Shown here in pieces: positions 44,737-54,057 of a DNA stretch of 64,000 bases. Both the position numbers and the translations under genes were made by a program. The notes under the pieces are model-generated. The model was not told where the DNA came from. It saw only the letters and a list, made by a program, of their open reading frames with translations, and ran no database searches. The number at the start of each line of letters is the position of its first letter. The first letter of the stretch is position 1. The DNA comes from Alphaproteobacteria bacterium (lineage in GTDB: Bacteria > Pseudomonadota > Alphaproteobacteria > RF32 > CAG-239): the NCBI GenBank assembly GCA_017939155.1, contig JAGAZZ010000008.1, forward strand, positions 5,963 to 69,962. The letters are read 5' to 3'.

Positions 44737-45148
44737 CCAATTTTACGTTTTTAATAGTGAGATAAGTTCGTACAGTAGCCGGAGTAACCTTTAGAACTTC
44801 GGCTATTTTTTTAACCGGAATATCGCATGCAGCCATCTTTTGCGCTGCATAAACCTTATGCGGGCGTATGCGCTTTTGCCATAAACTAAATTGTGCATCA
44901 ATTTTGCTCTCAATAAACCGAAGAGGCAACTCCATTTCATTAGCTATTAAAGATTTACTCTCTTCATAGCCAAATCCCGACATCAAATAATTATACAATT
45001 TGAGCGTAATCTTTGTACGTTCAAGTGCGTATGTATTTATTTTAGGGCAATTTAGAGCAAATTCTTTTATTTCTTTCATATACCGCAAAATACTATCAAA
45101 TGAATCATTTAATTCGCGTTCAACCCGCGATACTTGTAAATAGTCCAT
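44720..45148 (-). CDS. HTH DNA-binding protein (candidate lysogeny regulator)
   Basis: C-terminal VKKIAEVLKVTPATVRTYL HTH. It is the only minus-strand gene in the element. ATG at 45148 with an AAGGA SD. Confidence 0.55.
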   Translation of the reverse strand: MDYLQVSRVERELNDSFDSILRYMKEIKEFALNCPKINTYALERTKITLKLYNYLMSGFGYEESKSLIANEMELPLRFIESKIDAQFSLWQKRIRPHKVYAAQKMAACDIPVKKIAEVLKVTPATVRTYLTIKNVKLASFYK

Positions 45149-45301
45149 AGTCAAATCCTTGTGAATAATCTTAAATATTTATTAATTAATTTGTTATATA
45201 TGTTATGTATATAAAAAAATAAATTTAAAACAACTCATTTTTCTTAACGATTTTTTAAGTGTTTGGATTTATTTTGAAATAAATGAAGAGGGTTAATGGG
45301 G

Positions 45302-45329
45302 TTGTCGCATAATATATATTATGTATACT
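45302..45329 (+). other. candidate chromosomal dif site (XerC/XerD recombination site; attR)
   Basis: TTGTCGCATAA|TATATA|TTATGTATACT in 11-6-11 layout with a 16-bp palindromic core. It is close to the E. coli and B. subtilis dif sequences as recalled. Confidence 0.65.
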
Positions 45330-45473
45330 AAATACACAAAAGGGGGCTTATATCAATTTTTTAAACAAATATTCTAATAAATCACTTTAACAGATTTTAG
45401 ACCATTTTTAACCTAAATGACCGCTCAGAGCGAGCTCAGCTTAAAAAATCATATAAATACACTTCAGCTCGCT

Positions 45474-45510
45474 AAAAAAGCTCCGTACAGACAAACCGCA
45501 ACGGAGCTTT
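45474..45510 (-). terminator. intrinsic terminator (minus strand)
   Basis: AGCTCCGT / ACGGAGCT stem followed by 6 T on the minus strand, just downstream of the phosphatase pseudogene. Confidence 0.6.
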
Positions 45511-45535
45511 CTAAATACAAAATAACACCAAACGT

Positions 45536-46198
45536 CTAAGACGCGTTATTAAGATTCAAAGCAGCAAGCTTATCTTTTGGTTTCACACCCCATTCTTTAA
45601 CACTCCAAAATTTATCACCATCTTCTTTTTCTAAAACACAAACGCCACCGGTACCAACTTTGATGTCAAATTCTTCAGCAAATTTAGCAAAATCGCCCGT
45701 CAGATGCGGCGCAAAGCGAATAATACCATTAGAGCTGACCACCAAAACCGTCTTGTTGTGGTAATCACGCTCAATTTCATCGGCAAATTCTTTCCACGCT
45801 TAAATAATACCTTTAACAGATACGTTCCATCCCTCAGGCACAATAGCCTCCCTATTCCAGGCATCCATTGCGTCCTGACCGATACGAGCAATCACCTCAT
45901 CTTCGGTTTTGGCTTCATCCGGTCCGTAATCAATCTCGGTAAAACGAGTATCGCTTTTAAGTGCAATATCTTTATCCAGCGCTGCAATCGCCAGCCTCGC
46001 GGTTTCTGTCGTTCTCTTTAACGGCGCTGCGAACACAACAGACGGAATAAATGAGCGCATTTTCAAATATTTGCCAACATTTGTACCTCTTTCGGTTTCG
46101 ACCAATGGCAAATCCGTCCGAGCACCAACGCGAAGCGGTGTCTGTTCTTTAGTAAAGGTGTTGCCATGCCGTGCAATAACAATTCTTGTCGTCATCAT
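45536..46198 (-). pseudogene. histidine phosphatase (PGAM/CobC-like) gene interrupted by one in-frame TAA
   Basis: The N-terminal ORF has the RHGNT motif. The stop is at 45800-45802. The same frame continues AWKEFADEIERDYHNKTVLVVSSNGIIRF with no other stop. The expected SHG is SNG. Confidence 0.7.
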
Positions 46199-46204
46199 AA
46201 GCTC

Positions 46205-47014
46205 CTAAAATTCGCCGTATTTCTCAAATAAAGCCTCTGCGCGCTTCAAATCCTCAGGAGAATCAACCCCGCTCATTCCCTCAAACGCGCCATAATCCAC
46301 TTTGGCAATCTTGATTTTCATTCCGTTTTCTAAAAATCTCAGTTGTTCCAAACCTTCAAGTTTTTCATAAACACCTTCTTCTAACTCTTTGAACTTAAAC
46401 AAAGAATCATATTTATAGCCATAAAGACCGATATGCCGCAAAACAGGGCTTCTCCCGCCCTTTTCCCGCAAATCTGCCTCTTTGCGCACCGCCGGAATAA
46501 TGTTTTTAGAAAACCATAACGCATAGCCGTTTTTATCCGCCACACAAGTTGTTCCCGAAAATGGCGTTGTTTTTTTGCTCTCACGCAACTTGTCCAAAGC
46601 TTCCCAAGAAAGCTCCGTGCAAGGCGTAACCAAATCAACACTTTTATCTTCTTCAAACGCCTTAATCAGTTCTTCAATAAACCAAGGCGGACAAACCGGA
46701 TTATCTCCTTGTAAATTAATAATCAATTCCGGCTTTTCACCAAGAGTTTTAACCGCTTCGCACACTCGGTCTGAGCCCGTCTTGCATTTATCCGAAGTCA
46801 TCAAACACTCAACGCCGTGCTCGTCGCAAAAGCTCTTAATCCGTTCATCTTCGGTTGCCACCACAATACGCGCTTGTGCGTTTTTTGTACCTTTCTTGGC
46901 AATTTCATAAACTCTTAAGAGCATTTCTTTGCCGGCAATTTTAGCCAGCGGTTTCCCCGGAAAGCGAGAAGAGCCGTAACGTGCCGGAATAACCACCAAA
47001 GTTTTAACCATCAT
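46205..47014 (-). CDS. kdsB: 3-deoxy-manno-octulosonate cytidylyltransferase
   Basis: VVIPARYGSSRFPGKPL, NLQGDNP and related CMP-KDO synthetase motifs. Confidence 0.93.
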   Translation of the reverse strand: MMVKTLVVIPARYGSSRFPGKPLAKIAGKEMLLRVYEIAKKGTKNAQARIVVATEDERIKSFCDEHGVECLMTSDKCKTGSDRVCEAVKTLGEKPELIINLQGDNPVCPPWFIEELIKAFEEDKSVDLVTPCTELSWEALDKLRESKKTTPFSGTTCVADKNGYALWFSKNIIPAVRKEADLREKGGRSPVLRHIGLYGYKYDSLFKFKELEEGVYEKLEGLEQLRFLENGMKIKIAKVDYGAFEGMSGVDSPEDLKRAEALFEKYGEF

Positions 47015-47179
47015 TCATTCTCCAAAAATAAATCCATAGCCTAAGATTAGCAAAAACCGGCTCTTTCCTGCAAGCTTAAAAAAAAAGTTGTGCACAGCCG
47101 CTCTTCCCTTTTTGTTCTTATTTTGTCCTTAAGATGAAAAACACCTCACCAAGACCGCTTTTAAGAAAACTAAAAGGTT

Positions 47180-48337
47180 TTATCTGCCCTTTTTATTCCC
47201 TTGCTGCCATTGAGCATGAAGCGGCCATTCCCAAAGCGTCAATTTCTCAGTTTTGTCCTTATCCCGTTTATTCATCTCAGCCAGCAACTCCTCAGTCATA
47301 AAATGTCTGACGGTTTTATAAACCGCTTTACCTTGAGAAGCCATATTTTTGAGTTTGTTCAAAATTTTCTTATCGCTGTCAGCATAAAATTTTTCACAAA
47401 AATCATCTTTCATAACTTTAGGCACATCATTGCCTTTTTTATCCTTGATAAAATTACCTTTTCTATCTTTTTTGCACGGCATATACCAATGAAAATCCAA
47501 CGTATAAATCGAACAATGCACAAATCCTTTGTCTTTAACCAAATACACCGGCAAATCAAGCAAATCTTGAGCGCTCCAATGTCCTTTCAGCACCTGTTCA
47601 CACAAATAAGCCCGTTTCAAAATGCCGACCGGCGTGCGCCAGCCGCTGATTTTGCGCCCCAAAACATCAACATTCTCGTTCTTTCGCAAAGACTTATAAT
47701 ATTCTGAGTTTTTAAACCCTTTAGTCCCCCAGCAATACCCTAACCCGATACTGCACAAAAGCTCTTCATTGCTAAGCGAGCGCCCGACGCTATCTCCGAG
47801 CACCGGCACAAGCTCCATGTCAATATAACGCGTATTATAAACCACATCATCTTCAAATGTCAGTCGTTCCCCTTCACAAACTGCACGCTTATTGCCCTGC
47901 TCATCATAAAGCACCGTGAATCCGGAACCAACCGTTGGCGTCCCTTTTACCGCCGTTTTGGCTGTTTTTCTGGTTCTTTTCAAAACTCTTTTCTTGCCTC
48001 TTTGGATATGCCCGTCCGAAAAAGTATTTTCCGAAAACCCTTCAATAGCATAAATAACCGTCATAATTTCCGGCTTCAAAGCCTTTAACCGCGCTAAATT
48101 GCCATATTTATCAGAATGCTTATTGCCCACATAATCAATATAAACCTGAGTGCTGTCCTTATCATCCAAAACGCTGACCGTTTCTTTTTTATTTGTTACT
48201 TCTTTGCCATCATAAACTGCCTTGTCAACACCAACAACGCCGGCAAGCATTGCGGTCAAAACCGCTGCCTTATATTTCTTGATTTTATAAAAACTGAACT
48301 TATTGTTCTTCGTCACATTATTCTTTTTATTTTCCAT
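47180..48337 (-). CDS. hypothetical membrane-anchored protein
   Basis: 385 aa with an AGGAGGG SD and an N-terminal TM. IEGFSE...TVGSGFT is faintly lysozyme-like, and I do not rely on it. Confidence 0.5.
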   Translation of the reverse strand: MENKKNNVTKNNKFSFYKIKKYKAAVLTAMLAGVVGVDKAVYDGKEVTNKKETVSVLDDKDSTQVYIDYVGNKHSDKYGNLARLKALKPEIMTVIYAIEGFSENTFSDGHIQRGKKRVLKRTRKTAKTAVKGTPTVGSGFTVLYDEQGNKRAVCEGERLTFEDDVVYNTRYIDMELVPVLGDSVGRSLSNEELLCSIGLGYCWGTKGFKNSEYYKSLRKNENVDVLGRKISGWRTPVGILKRAYLCEQVLKGHWSAQDLLDLPVYLVKDKGFVHCSIYTLDFHWYMPCKKDRKGNFIKDKKGNDVPKVMKDDFCEKFYADSDKKILNKLKNMASQGKAVYKTVRHFMTEELLAEMNKRDKDKTEKLTLWEWPLHAQWQQGNKKGR

Positions 48338-48390
48338 AAGCCCTCCTTTATATCGCTAGTTAATTTTTATATCACACTTTTGACCGTAAT

Positions 48391-49665
48391 TCAATCCCTT
48401 TTTTCAAAATTATTTTTCTCTAAAACCCGTAAATAAACTTTTTCCCCATCCTCTCTTCTTTCCAAAATTTTCCCCAAACGATAAGCTTTAGCAATGCCGG
48501 CTCCGTCCGTCACATCAAAACGAAGCTCTTTTATCTGCCGGCAAGAAAAAAGTTTCTCCTCAAGCATAGCTAAGAAATCTGCCACGCCATCGCCCGTCAA
48601 AGCCGAAACACCAACTCTGTTTTCCTTAAGATTTTGGCAAACCAGCGCCCTGCCCTCATCGCTCAAACAGTCGATTTTATTATAAACCTCAATATAGCGC
48701 TTGGAAAACTCGATTTTCTCGAGCCCAAGTTCGTGCAAAACTTCTAACACGTCTGCCCGTTGTTTCTTATAAAGCGGATTGCTCACATCAATCACGTGGA
48801 CAATAACATCTGCCTCAAGCACTTCTTCCAATGTCGCCCGAAATGCCATCACCAACTCATGCGGCAAATCCGAAATAAACCCCACCGTATCCGATAAAAT
48901 TATCTCGCGCCCTGCCCCAAACTCAACCTTGCGCATCGTCGGGTCAAGCGTGGCAAAAAGCATATCCTCCGCCATCACCTGAGCTTTGGTAATAAAATTA
49001 AACAGTGTAGACTTACCCGCGTTCGTATATCCGGCAAATGCTGCATGCGGATAAGGCACCCTCTTGCGCGCGAGCCTCTGCACGCTCCGCGTTTTTTTAA
49101 CTTTTTCAAGCTCTTTTTTAATCTTTAAAATGCGCTCGCCCAAATGCCGTTTATCAAGCTCAATTTGGGTTTCGCCCGGTCCGCCCAAAAATCCGCCGCC
49201 GCCGCGTTGCCGCTCCAAATGCGTCCAACTCCTGACCAACCGCCCCTTTTGGTAGCTCAAATGCGCAAGCTCAACCTGAAGTTTGCCCTCTTTGGTCTGC
49301 GCCCGTCTTCCGAAAATCTCTAAAATAACTGCCGTCCGGTCAATAACTTTAAGCTCAAGCGCTTTCTCCAAATTGCGCTGTTGCACCGGAGATAACGCAC
49401 CGTCCACCACAACCAGCTCAACCTCATTTTCAAGACATTCGCTTTTAAGTTTTTCGACTGTTCCTTTGCCGAAAAACAGCCCGGCCGTCGGCTTATCAAG
49501 CTTAATGCTTTTAACAAAAACAGCCGTCTGCCCCATCGCTCTGACCAGACCTTCAGCTTCTTCCATTCTTTTTTCTTCATCAAAAGAAGCGCTCAAACCA
49601 AGACTGCGAATAATAGGACAAACAACGGCTGTTTTCGTTTGCTTTTCTTTTTTACTCAAAAACAA
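48391..49665 (-). CDS. hflX: GTPase HflX
   Basis: HflX N-domain; G1 GYTNAGKST, G3 DTVGF, G4 NKID. TTG start 2 nt after the hfq stop. Confidence 0.95.
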   Translation of the reverse strand: MFLSKKEKQTKTAVVCPIIRSLGLSASFDEEKRMEEAEGLVRAMGQTAVFVKSIKLDKPTAGLFFGKGTVEKLKSECLENEVELVVVDGALSPVQQRNLEKALELKVIDRTAVILEIFGRRAQTKEGKLQVELAHLSYQKGRLVRSWTHLERQRGGGGFLGGPGETQIELDKRHLGERILKIKKELEKVKKTRSVQRLARKRVPYPHAAFAGYTNAGKSTLFNFITKAQVMAEDMLFATLDPTMRKVEFGAGREIILSDTVGFISDLPHELVMAFRATLEEVLEADVIVHVIDVSNPLYKKQRADVLEVLHELGLEKIEFSKRYIEVYNKIDCLSDEGRALVCQNLKENRVGVSALTGDGVADFLAMLEEKLFSCRQIKELRFDVTDGAGIAKAYRLGKILERREDGEKVYLRVLEKNNFEKRD

Positions 49666-49667
49666 TG

Positions 49668-49886
49668 CTAGTCTTCAACCACATCAACCGGAGTTGCCGG
49701 CATAATCGTTGAAATTGCGTGCGCATACACAAGTTGCGTATGCCCGTCACGCCTCAAGAGCAAAGATGAAGCATCAAACCAGGTAATAACGCCTTGCAGT
49801 TTAACGCCATTAATCAAAAAAACGGTAACCGAAACCTTTTTGTCTTTAATATCGTTCAAAAAATCAACTTGTGCATTTGTAGTCAT
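49668..49886 (-). CDS. hfq: RNA chaperone Hfq
   Basis: [19 protein letters not shown]...[22 protein letters not shown] (Sm1/Sm2 motifs). Confidence 0.95.
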   Translation of the reverse strand: MTTNAQVDFLNDIKDKKVSVTVFLINGVKLQGVITWFDASSLLLRRDGHTQLVYAHAISTIMPATPVDVVED

Positions 49887-49997
49887 TTTTCATTTCCTTA
49901 TTATATTTTTCCCTTGCGTTTTCGATTATCTCGACCCCGCATCTGTTTTATACACGCGTTTTGGTTAATATAATCTAAATATTATAAAAAAAAACTT

Positions 49998-50921
49998 CTA
50001 CTCTTTCATAAAAAAAGATTTTTCACTCTCTAATGCCAAAAGTCGCTCTCTTGCTTCTAAAGCCGCTGCCTCTCTTTTTTCATCCTCAAGCGCCAAAACC
50101 CTCATCGTCATCGCAGCCATATCATCTTTACTGTCAAACCAATGCACATTATGATAAAACAGCCTCTCCAACGGCTCTTTATAATTAGTCAACACCGGTC
50201 TGCCGTAACTCATCACATCATACACCGCATACGGCACATAATCCTTATCATCAACACCATTTTCGCCCATTTCATACACCACGAGTCTGGCACTTGAAAG
50301 CTCTTTCTTTTTCATCTCCTCAGACAACCCGGCAAACGTCCTGCCGCTATATACTTTAGCATCTAAACTCTGCAAAAACGCCTCATACTCTGAATTTTTA
50401 TACTCATAAATATACAAAACATCAGCTAAATAAGAAGGTTTTAGCGCCTCATGCTTCACCGCTCCGCCTTCCAAAAAATCAATCTTCAGAGTATCTTTAA
50501 GCGCATTTTGAAGCCCTTTTTGTGAAGAAAGGTAATAGTCATACCTCTGCAACTCTTCACGATATATCGTCTCCATCCGCTGAATGTAAAATACATTGAG
50601 CGCTTTTTCATTTGTCCTTAAATCATAAAAAGGTTCAAACCCGCGCACATAAACATTAATCCCTGCTCTATCAAAGAGTTTCGGATAAAGCCTTCCGGCA
50701 TAAGCCGTCCCCCAAACCCGATAGCCGTTCTCCTCAAACCGTTTTTTTAGATAAGCAAGCGCCGCCATAAAATCATAATCCAGTTCTTCCCTCGGTGTGC
50801 TGACACGAAACACGACATGTTTGGCTGTCACTTCCCGAAAAACACACCTCTCTAAATAAATTCCACACACAAAAATCGTCGTACTCAAAAAGACACCAAA
50901 AAAAATCCGCCATTCACGCAT
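49998..50921 (-). CDS. hypothetical membrane-anchored protein
   Basis: The ATG at 50921 has an AGGAG SD, and an N-terminal TM follows. It overlaps the upstream gene by 8 nt. Confidence 0.5.
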   Translation of the reverse strand: MREWRIFFGVFLSTTIFVCGIYLERCVFREVTAKHVVFRVSTPREELDYDFMAALAYLKKRFEENGYRVWGTAYAGRLYPKLFDRAGINVYVRGFEPFYDLRTNEKALNVFYIQRMETIYREELQRYDYYLSSQKGLQNALKDTLKIDFLEGGAVKHEALKPSYLADVLYIYEYKNSEYEAFLQSLDAKVYSGRTFAGLSEEMKKKELSSARLVVYEMGENGVDDKDYVPYAVYDVMSYGRPVLTNYKEPLERLFYHNVHWFDSKDDMAAMTMRVLALEDEKREAAALEARERLLALESEKSFFMKE

Positions 50922-51975
50922 CTCTCTCTCCTTTCTTCTTATCTCGAACATACGCTTTCATCACTTTAATCATTTCAGAAATTGCCTGTTCGGAACCAAA
51001 ACGTCTTTTGGTAATAAGATAGGCTTCATAAGCTTTCCTTTTGCGCTCCAGAGGATGGTTAAGATAATAAGTCACCAGCGCTCTGAACTCTGCCTCGTTC
51101 TTATACATAACAATCGCATCGCCGTAAATTTCCTCAATCTCCGCCATATAATCAGAAATCAAAAACCCCTTTGCCGCCGTCACATCAAAAATTCTGTTGG
51201 AGATAAACCCGGCTTCAATCATATCTTCTCTCGTGTCATTAAACACAATATCAGCCGAGGAATAATAATATTTCAGCTCATCGCCGGAAATTTGTTCTCC
51301 TTTATGCAAATAAAGCTTGTCTTGAGGCAATACCCTCTCCCACCCAATACCGTAAATATCAAGTTCAAGCCCGTTTTTTAACGCCAAATCAACCGTTTTT
51401 CTGGTTTTGGCATCCGGATATAAATTTCCGACAAATAACAGCTTTGTTTTGTGTTTTTCACTAAATGCCGGATAAAACTTATCAAATCTCGTAAACTGCG
51501 GCATAAAGTGCGAATTAATCCCTAATTTTCGATATTCTCTGTCTTTTTTAAGCGAACCGGTAAAAACAATATCCGCATTTTTAACTTCCTCAATCTTATA
51601 AGGAATAGTCTCATATAAAACCGCAACCCTGTCCCTATCAATCGCCCCATGATAAGAGTTAAGCTGCAGCTCAGGATAAGCCCGCATATAAATATCAATC
51701 CCTTCTTTGAAATTTTTATTAGCGTATGTATCCTCAATCGCATAAATTTCCGTTTGCATTCCCTGCCGGTTCAGCTCTGCCGCCATATCTTCAGCCAAAT
51801 ACTTTTCTCCCAAAGGATAAGCCTTGTCTTCCAAAGACTTATGATGCGTCACCGGCAAATTAATAACTGCCTTACCGTAATCAAGCGCAAACGGTCCTTG
51901 GTCCTTTTGGTAAAAATAGCCAAAAACGCCGCCCAAAATCAGTAAAACACTTAAAATAAAGATATTTTTTTTCAA
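50914..51975 (-). CDS. CgeB-like / DUF3880-type glycosyltransferase-like protein
   Basis: N-terminal TM. The C-terminal half reads FVGNLYP...YGIGW...SNRIFDVTAAKGFLISD...F...E...YL.HP.ER, typical of the CgeB family. TTG start. Confidence 0.5.
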   Translation of the reverse strand: MKKNIFILSVLLILGGVFGYFYQKDQGPFALDYGKAVINLPVTHHKSLEDKAYPLGEKYLAEDMAAELNRQGMQTEIYAIEDTYANKNFKEGIDIYMRAYPELQLNSYHGAIDRDRVAVLYETIPYKIEEVKNADIVFTGSLKKDREYRKLGINSHFMPQFTRFDKFYPAFSEKHKTKLLFVGNLYPDAKTRKTVDLALKNGLELDIYGIGWERVLPQDKLYLHKGEQISGDELKYYYSSADIVFNDTREDMIEAGFISNRIFDVTAAKGFLISDYMAEIEEIYGDAIVMYKNEAEFRALVTYYLNHPLERKRKAYEAYLITKRRFGSEQAISEMIKVMKAYVRDKKKGERDA

Positions 51976-52122
51976 AAATCATCGCTCCTTTACACAAAAC
52001 ACATCAAAAAAATACCTCTCTTAGTCTTTTTCGCAACAAAAATAAAGCGTTAACCCCAAAAAAACTTTTTTTAAATCAAAAAAAGGCCGCCCGCAGGCAG
52101 CCTCTCGAAAACAGAACTTGAA

Positions 52123-53592
52123 TTATCTTTTCTTCAAAGTCGGGAACATAATCACATCGCGCAACGTCGCCGCATTGGTCAAAAGCTTGGCCAGTCTGTC
52201 CATGCCCATTCCCATACCGGTTGTCGGCACAAAACCGTAAGAAAGAGCGTCAATAAAGCTCTCATCAAGCATTTGTGCTTCATCATCGCCGTTTTCACGT
52301 TCTGCCATCTGCGCCTTAAAGCGTTCCATCTGTTCTAAAGGATTCGAAAGCTCGGAATAAGCACAGCCAAGCTCCATCCCCAAAAGATAAGTGTCAAAAT
52401 GTTCCACCAAACGCGGATTGTCGCGGTGGGTCTTGGCTAAAGGCGAAATATCTTTTGGCATATCAGACACATGGATAGGCTCAATCAAAGTCTGCTCAAC
52501 TTTTTCGTCAAAAACTTCCTGCACCACCTTGCCCCAGTTGGAACAATGCTCGGCATCCACACCAACCGATTTAGCCAGCGCCCGTGCTTCTTCAACCGTT
52601 TCAACGCTCAAAAAGTCCGCGCCGGTCTCACGCTTAATCAAATCAATAATTGAAACTTTCGGAAACGGCTTGGAAAAGTCAATCTCATGCCCGTCCAAAA
52701 CCAGCTTGTCCGTCCCGAACACTTTATTAACCACAAAACGCACCAAGCGTGACATCAAATCCGCCATATCATTATAATCGCCGTATGCCATATACGCTTC
52801 AAGTCCGGTAAATTCCGGCACGTGGTTCTTGTCAATACCTTCATTGCGATAGTTTTTGCCGATTTCAAACACGCGGTCAATACCGCCTACAACCAACTTT
52901 TTCAAATAAAGCTCGGTTGCCACGCGCAAATAAAAATCATTATCCAGCGCGTTATAATGTGTCACAAACGGTTTGGCGTTTGCTCCGCCCATAATCGGGT
53001 GAAACGTCGGCGTTTCCACCTCTAAAAATTCGTTAGAATTAAAAAACTCGCGCACGGCAGAAACAATCTTGCATCTGGTAATCAAAATCTCTTTGGCTTC
53101 ATCATTGATAATCAAATCAACATAGCGCTTGCGATACCTTGTTTCAACATCTGTCAAACCATGAAATTTTTCCGGCAACGGTTCCAAAGACTTGGCAATA
53201 ATATCAAACTTCTCCGCCGCAACCGAAAGCTCACCTCGAGGCGTCCGACGAATAAACCCGCTCACCCCGACAATATCACCAATATCCAAACACTTCAAAA
53301 GTTTTAAATTGTCCTCATCCAAATGGCACTTATGGCAAAACAGTTGAATGTTGCCCGTCTTGTCTTTCATATCAATAAACATACCGTCATTTCTGACAGC
53401 CATCGCCCGCCCGGCCACGGTCACGCGGTCTTCGGTGTTTTCCCCGTTTGCCAAATCCTTGTATTTTTCTTGCAAATCTTTAGCAAAACTATCTGGTTTA
53501 AAAGTATAAGGATAAGGGTTATACCCCATCTCTTCAAGCTTAGCAAGTTTGTTAAGGCGGCTCTGCCGCTGTTCGCTGATTTCTTCTGCCAT
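52123..53592 (-). CDS. lysS: lysine--tRNA ligase, class II
   Basis: OB-fold N-domain and class II motifs (FLEVETP, YLRVATELYLKKL, VFEIGKNYRNEG, GMGMGMDRL). ATG at 53592; the track start at 53598 is GTG. Confidence 0.95.
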   Translation of the reverse strand: MAEEISEQRQSRLNKLAKLEEMGYNPYPYTFKPDSFAKDLQEKYKDLANGENTEDRVTVAGRAMAVRNDGMFIDMKDKTGNIQLFCHKCHLDEDNLKLLKCLDIGDIVGVSGFIRRTPRGELSVAAEKFDIIAKSLEPLPEKFHGLTDVETRYRKRYVDLIINDEAKEILITRCKIVSAVREFFNSNEFLEVETPTFHPIMGGANAKPFVTHYNALDNDFYLRVATELYLKKLVVGGIDRVFEIGKNYRNEGIDKNHVPEFTGLEAYMAYGDYNDMADLMSRLVRFVVNKVFGTDKLVLDGHEIDFSKPFPKVSIIDLIKRETGADFLSVETVEEARALAKSVGVDAEHCSNWGKVVQEVFDEKVEQTLIEPIHVSDMPKDISPLAKTHRDNPRLVEHFDTYLLGMELGCAYSELSNPLEQMERFKAQMAERENGDDEAQMLDESFIDALSYGFVPTTGMGMGMDRLAKLLTNAATLRDVIMFPTLKKR

Positions 53593-53906
53593 AATCACTC
53601 ATCCGTTAAAGTTACATAAAAACTTTTTCGCTTATACCACACCCGACAAATTTTGCAAGCATTTTTTACGCTTCATATTTTCACACTTCACCATAACTAG
53701 AGCACCCAATAAATACTCTATCCGCCACACACTCCAGAAAAGGAGGTCGAGATTTGAGTCTTATGGAGATGGGCTTGGTATTTCTTAAAAATCCTAGTGT
53801 ACATAGAGGTACATGAATTTTTGAAACAAAATTTCCTCCTATCACACACTCCAACCAAGAAGGTCGAGAAAGTGCGGGGACCTCAAAGGATGTCCGCTCA
53901 TAAACC

Positions 53907-53952
53907 GGAGCGTACAAATAGGTACGTGACCCGACCGAAGACAGGCTTCCAT
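53907..53952 (+). repeat. 46-bp perfect direct repeat, copy 1
   Basis: GGAGCGTACAAATAGGTACGTGACCCGACCGAAGACAGGCTTCCAT; identical to 54148-54193. Confidence 0.95.
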
Positions 53953-54032
53953 CCGCCCCAATCTCAACTCAGGCTTAAAAAACGCGGAATTTTGCGAGAT
54001 AGCCCTGAATGTCCTGCAAGGGCTCGCAGAGT

Positions 54033-54057
54033 AAAAAAAGCCCAGTGGGCTTTTTTT
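54033..54057. terminator. perfect bidirectional terminator hairpin inside the repeat element
   Basis: AAAAAAAGCCC AGT GGGCTTTTTTT. Confidence 0.7.

Larger units (their letters stand above)
36991..45329. mobile_element. integrase-less phage-like element inserted at a dif-like site (IMEX-type prophage candidate)
   Basis: 20-bp perfect direct repeats lie 8311 bp apart. Between them are 22 compact ORFs, mostly same-strand with ATGA/TAATG overlaps. They include replication-like, ATPase, capsid-size, membrane, receptor-binding and lysin genes, and no recombinase. Confidence 0.7.

Noticed and set aside
37046-45148. Filamentous (inovirus) prophage, the usual kind of dif-inserted phage
   Set aside because: The ATPase has no C-terminal TM domain like pI/Zot. 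The element also has a 287-aa soluble capsid-size protein, a tail-collar protein and a cell-wall hydrolase, none of which fit a non-lytic filamentous phage. I saw no HUH rolling-circle Rep. This is not fully excluded without profile searches.
36991-45321. Terminal inverted repeats of a linear tectivirus-like or plasmid prophage
   Set aside because: The two 20-mers are in direct, not inverted, orientation. They resemble a recombination site, and no protein-primed polymerase-size ORF is present.
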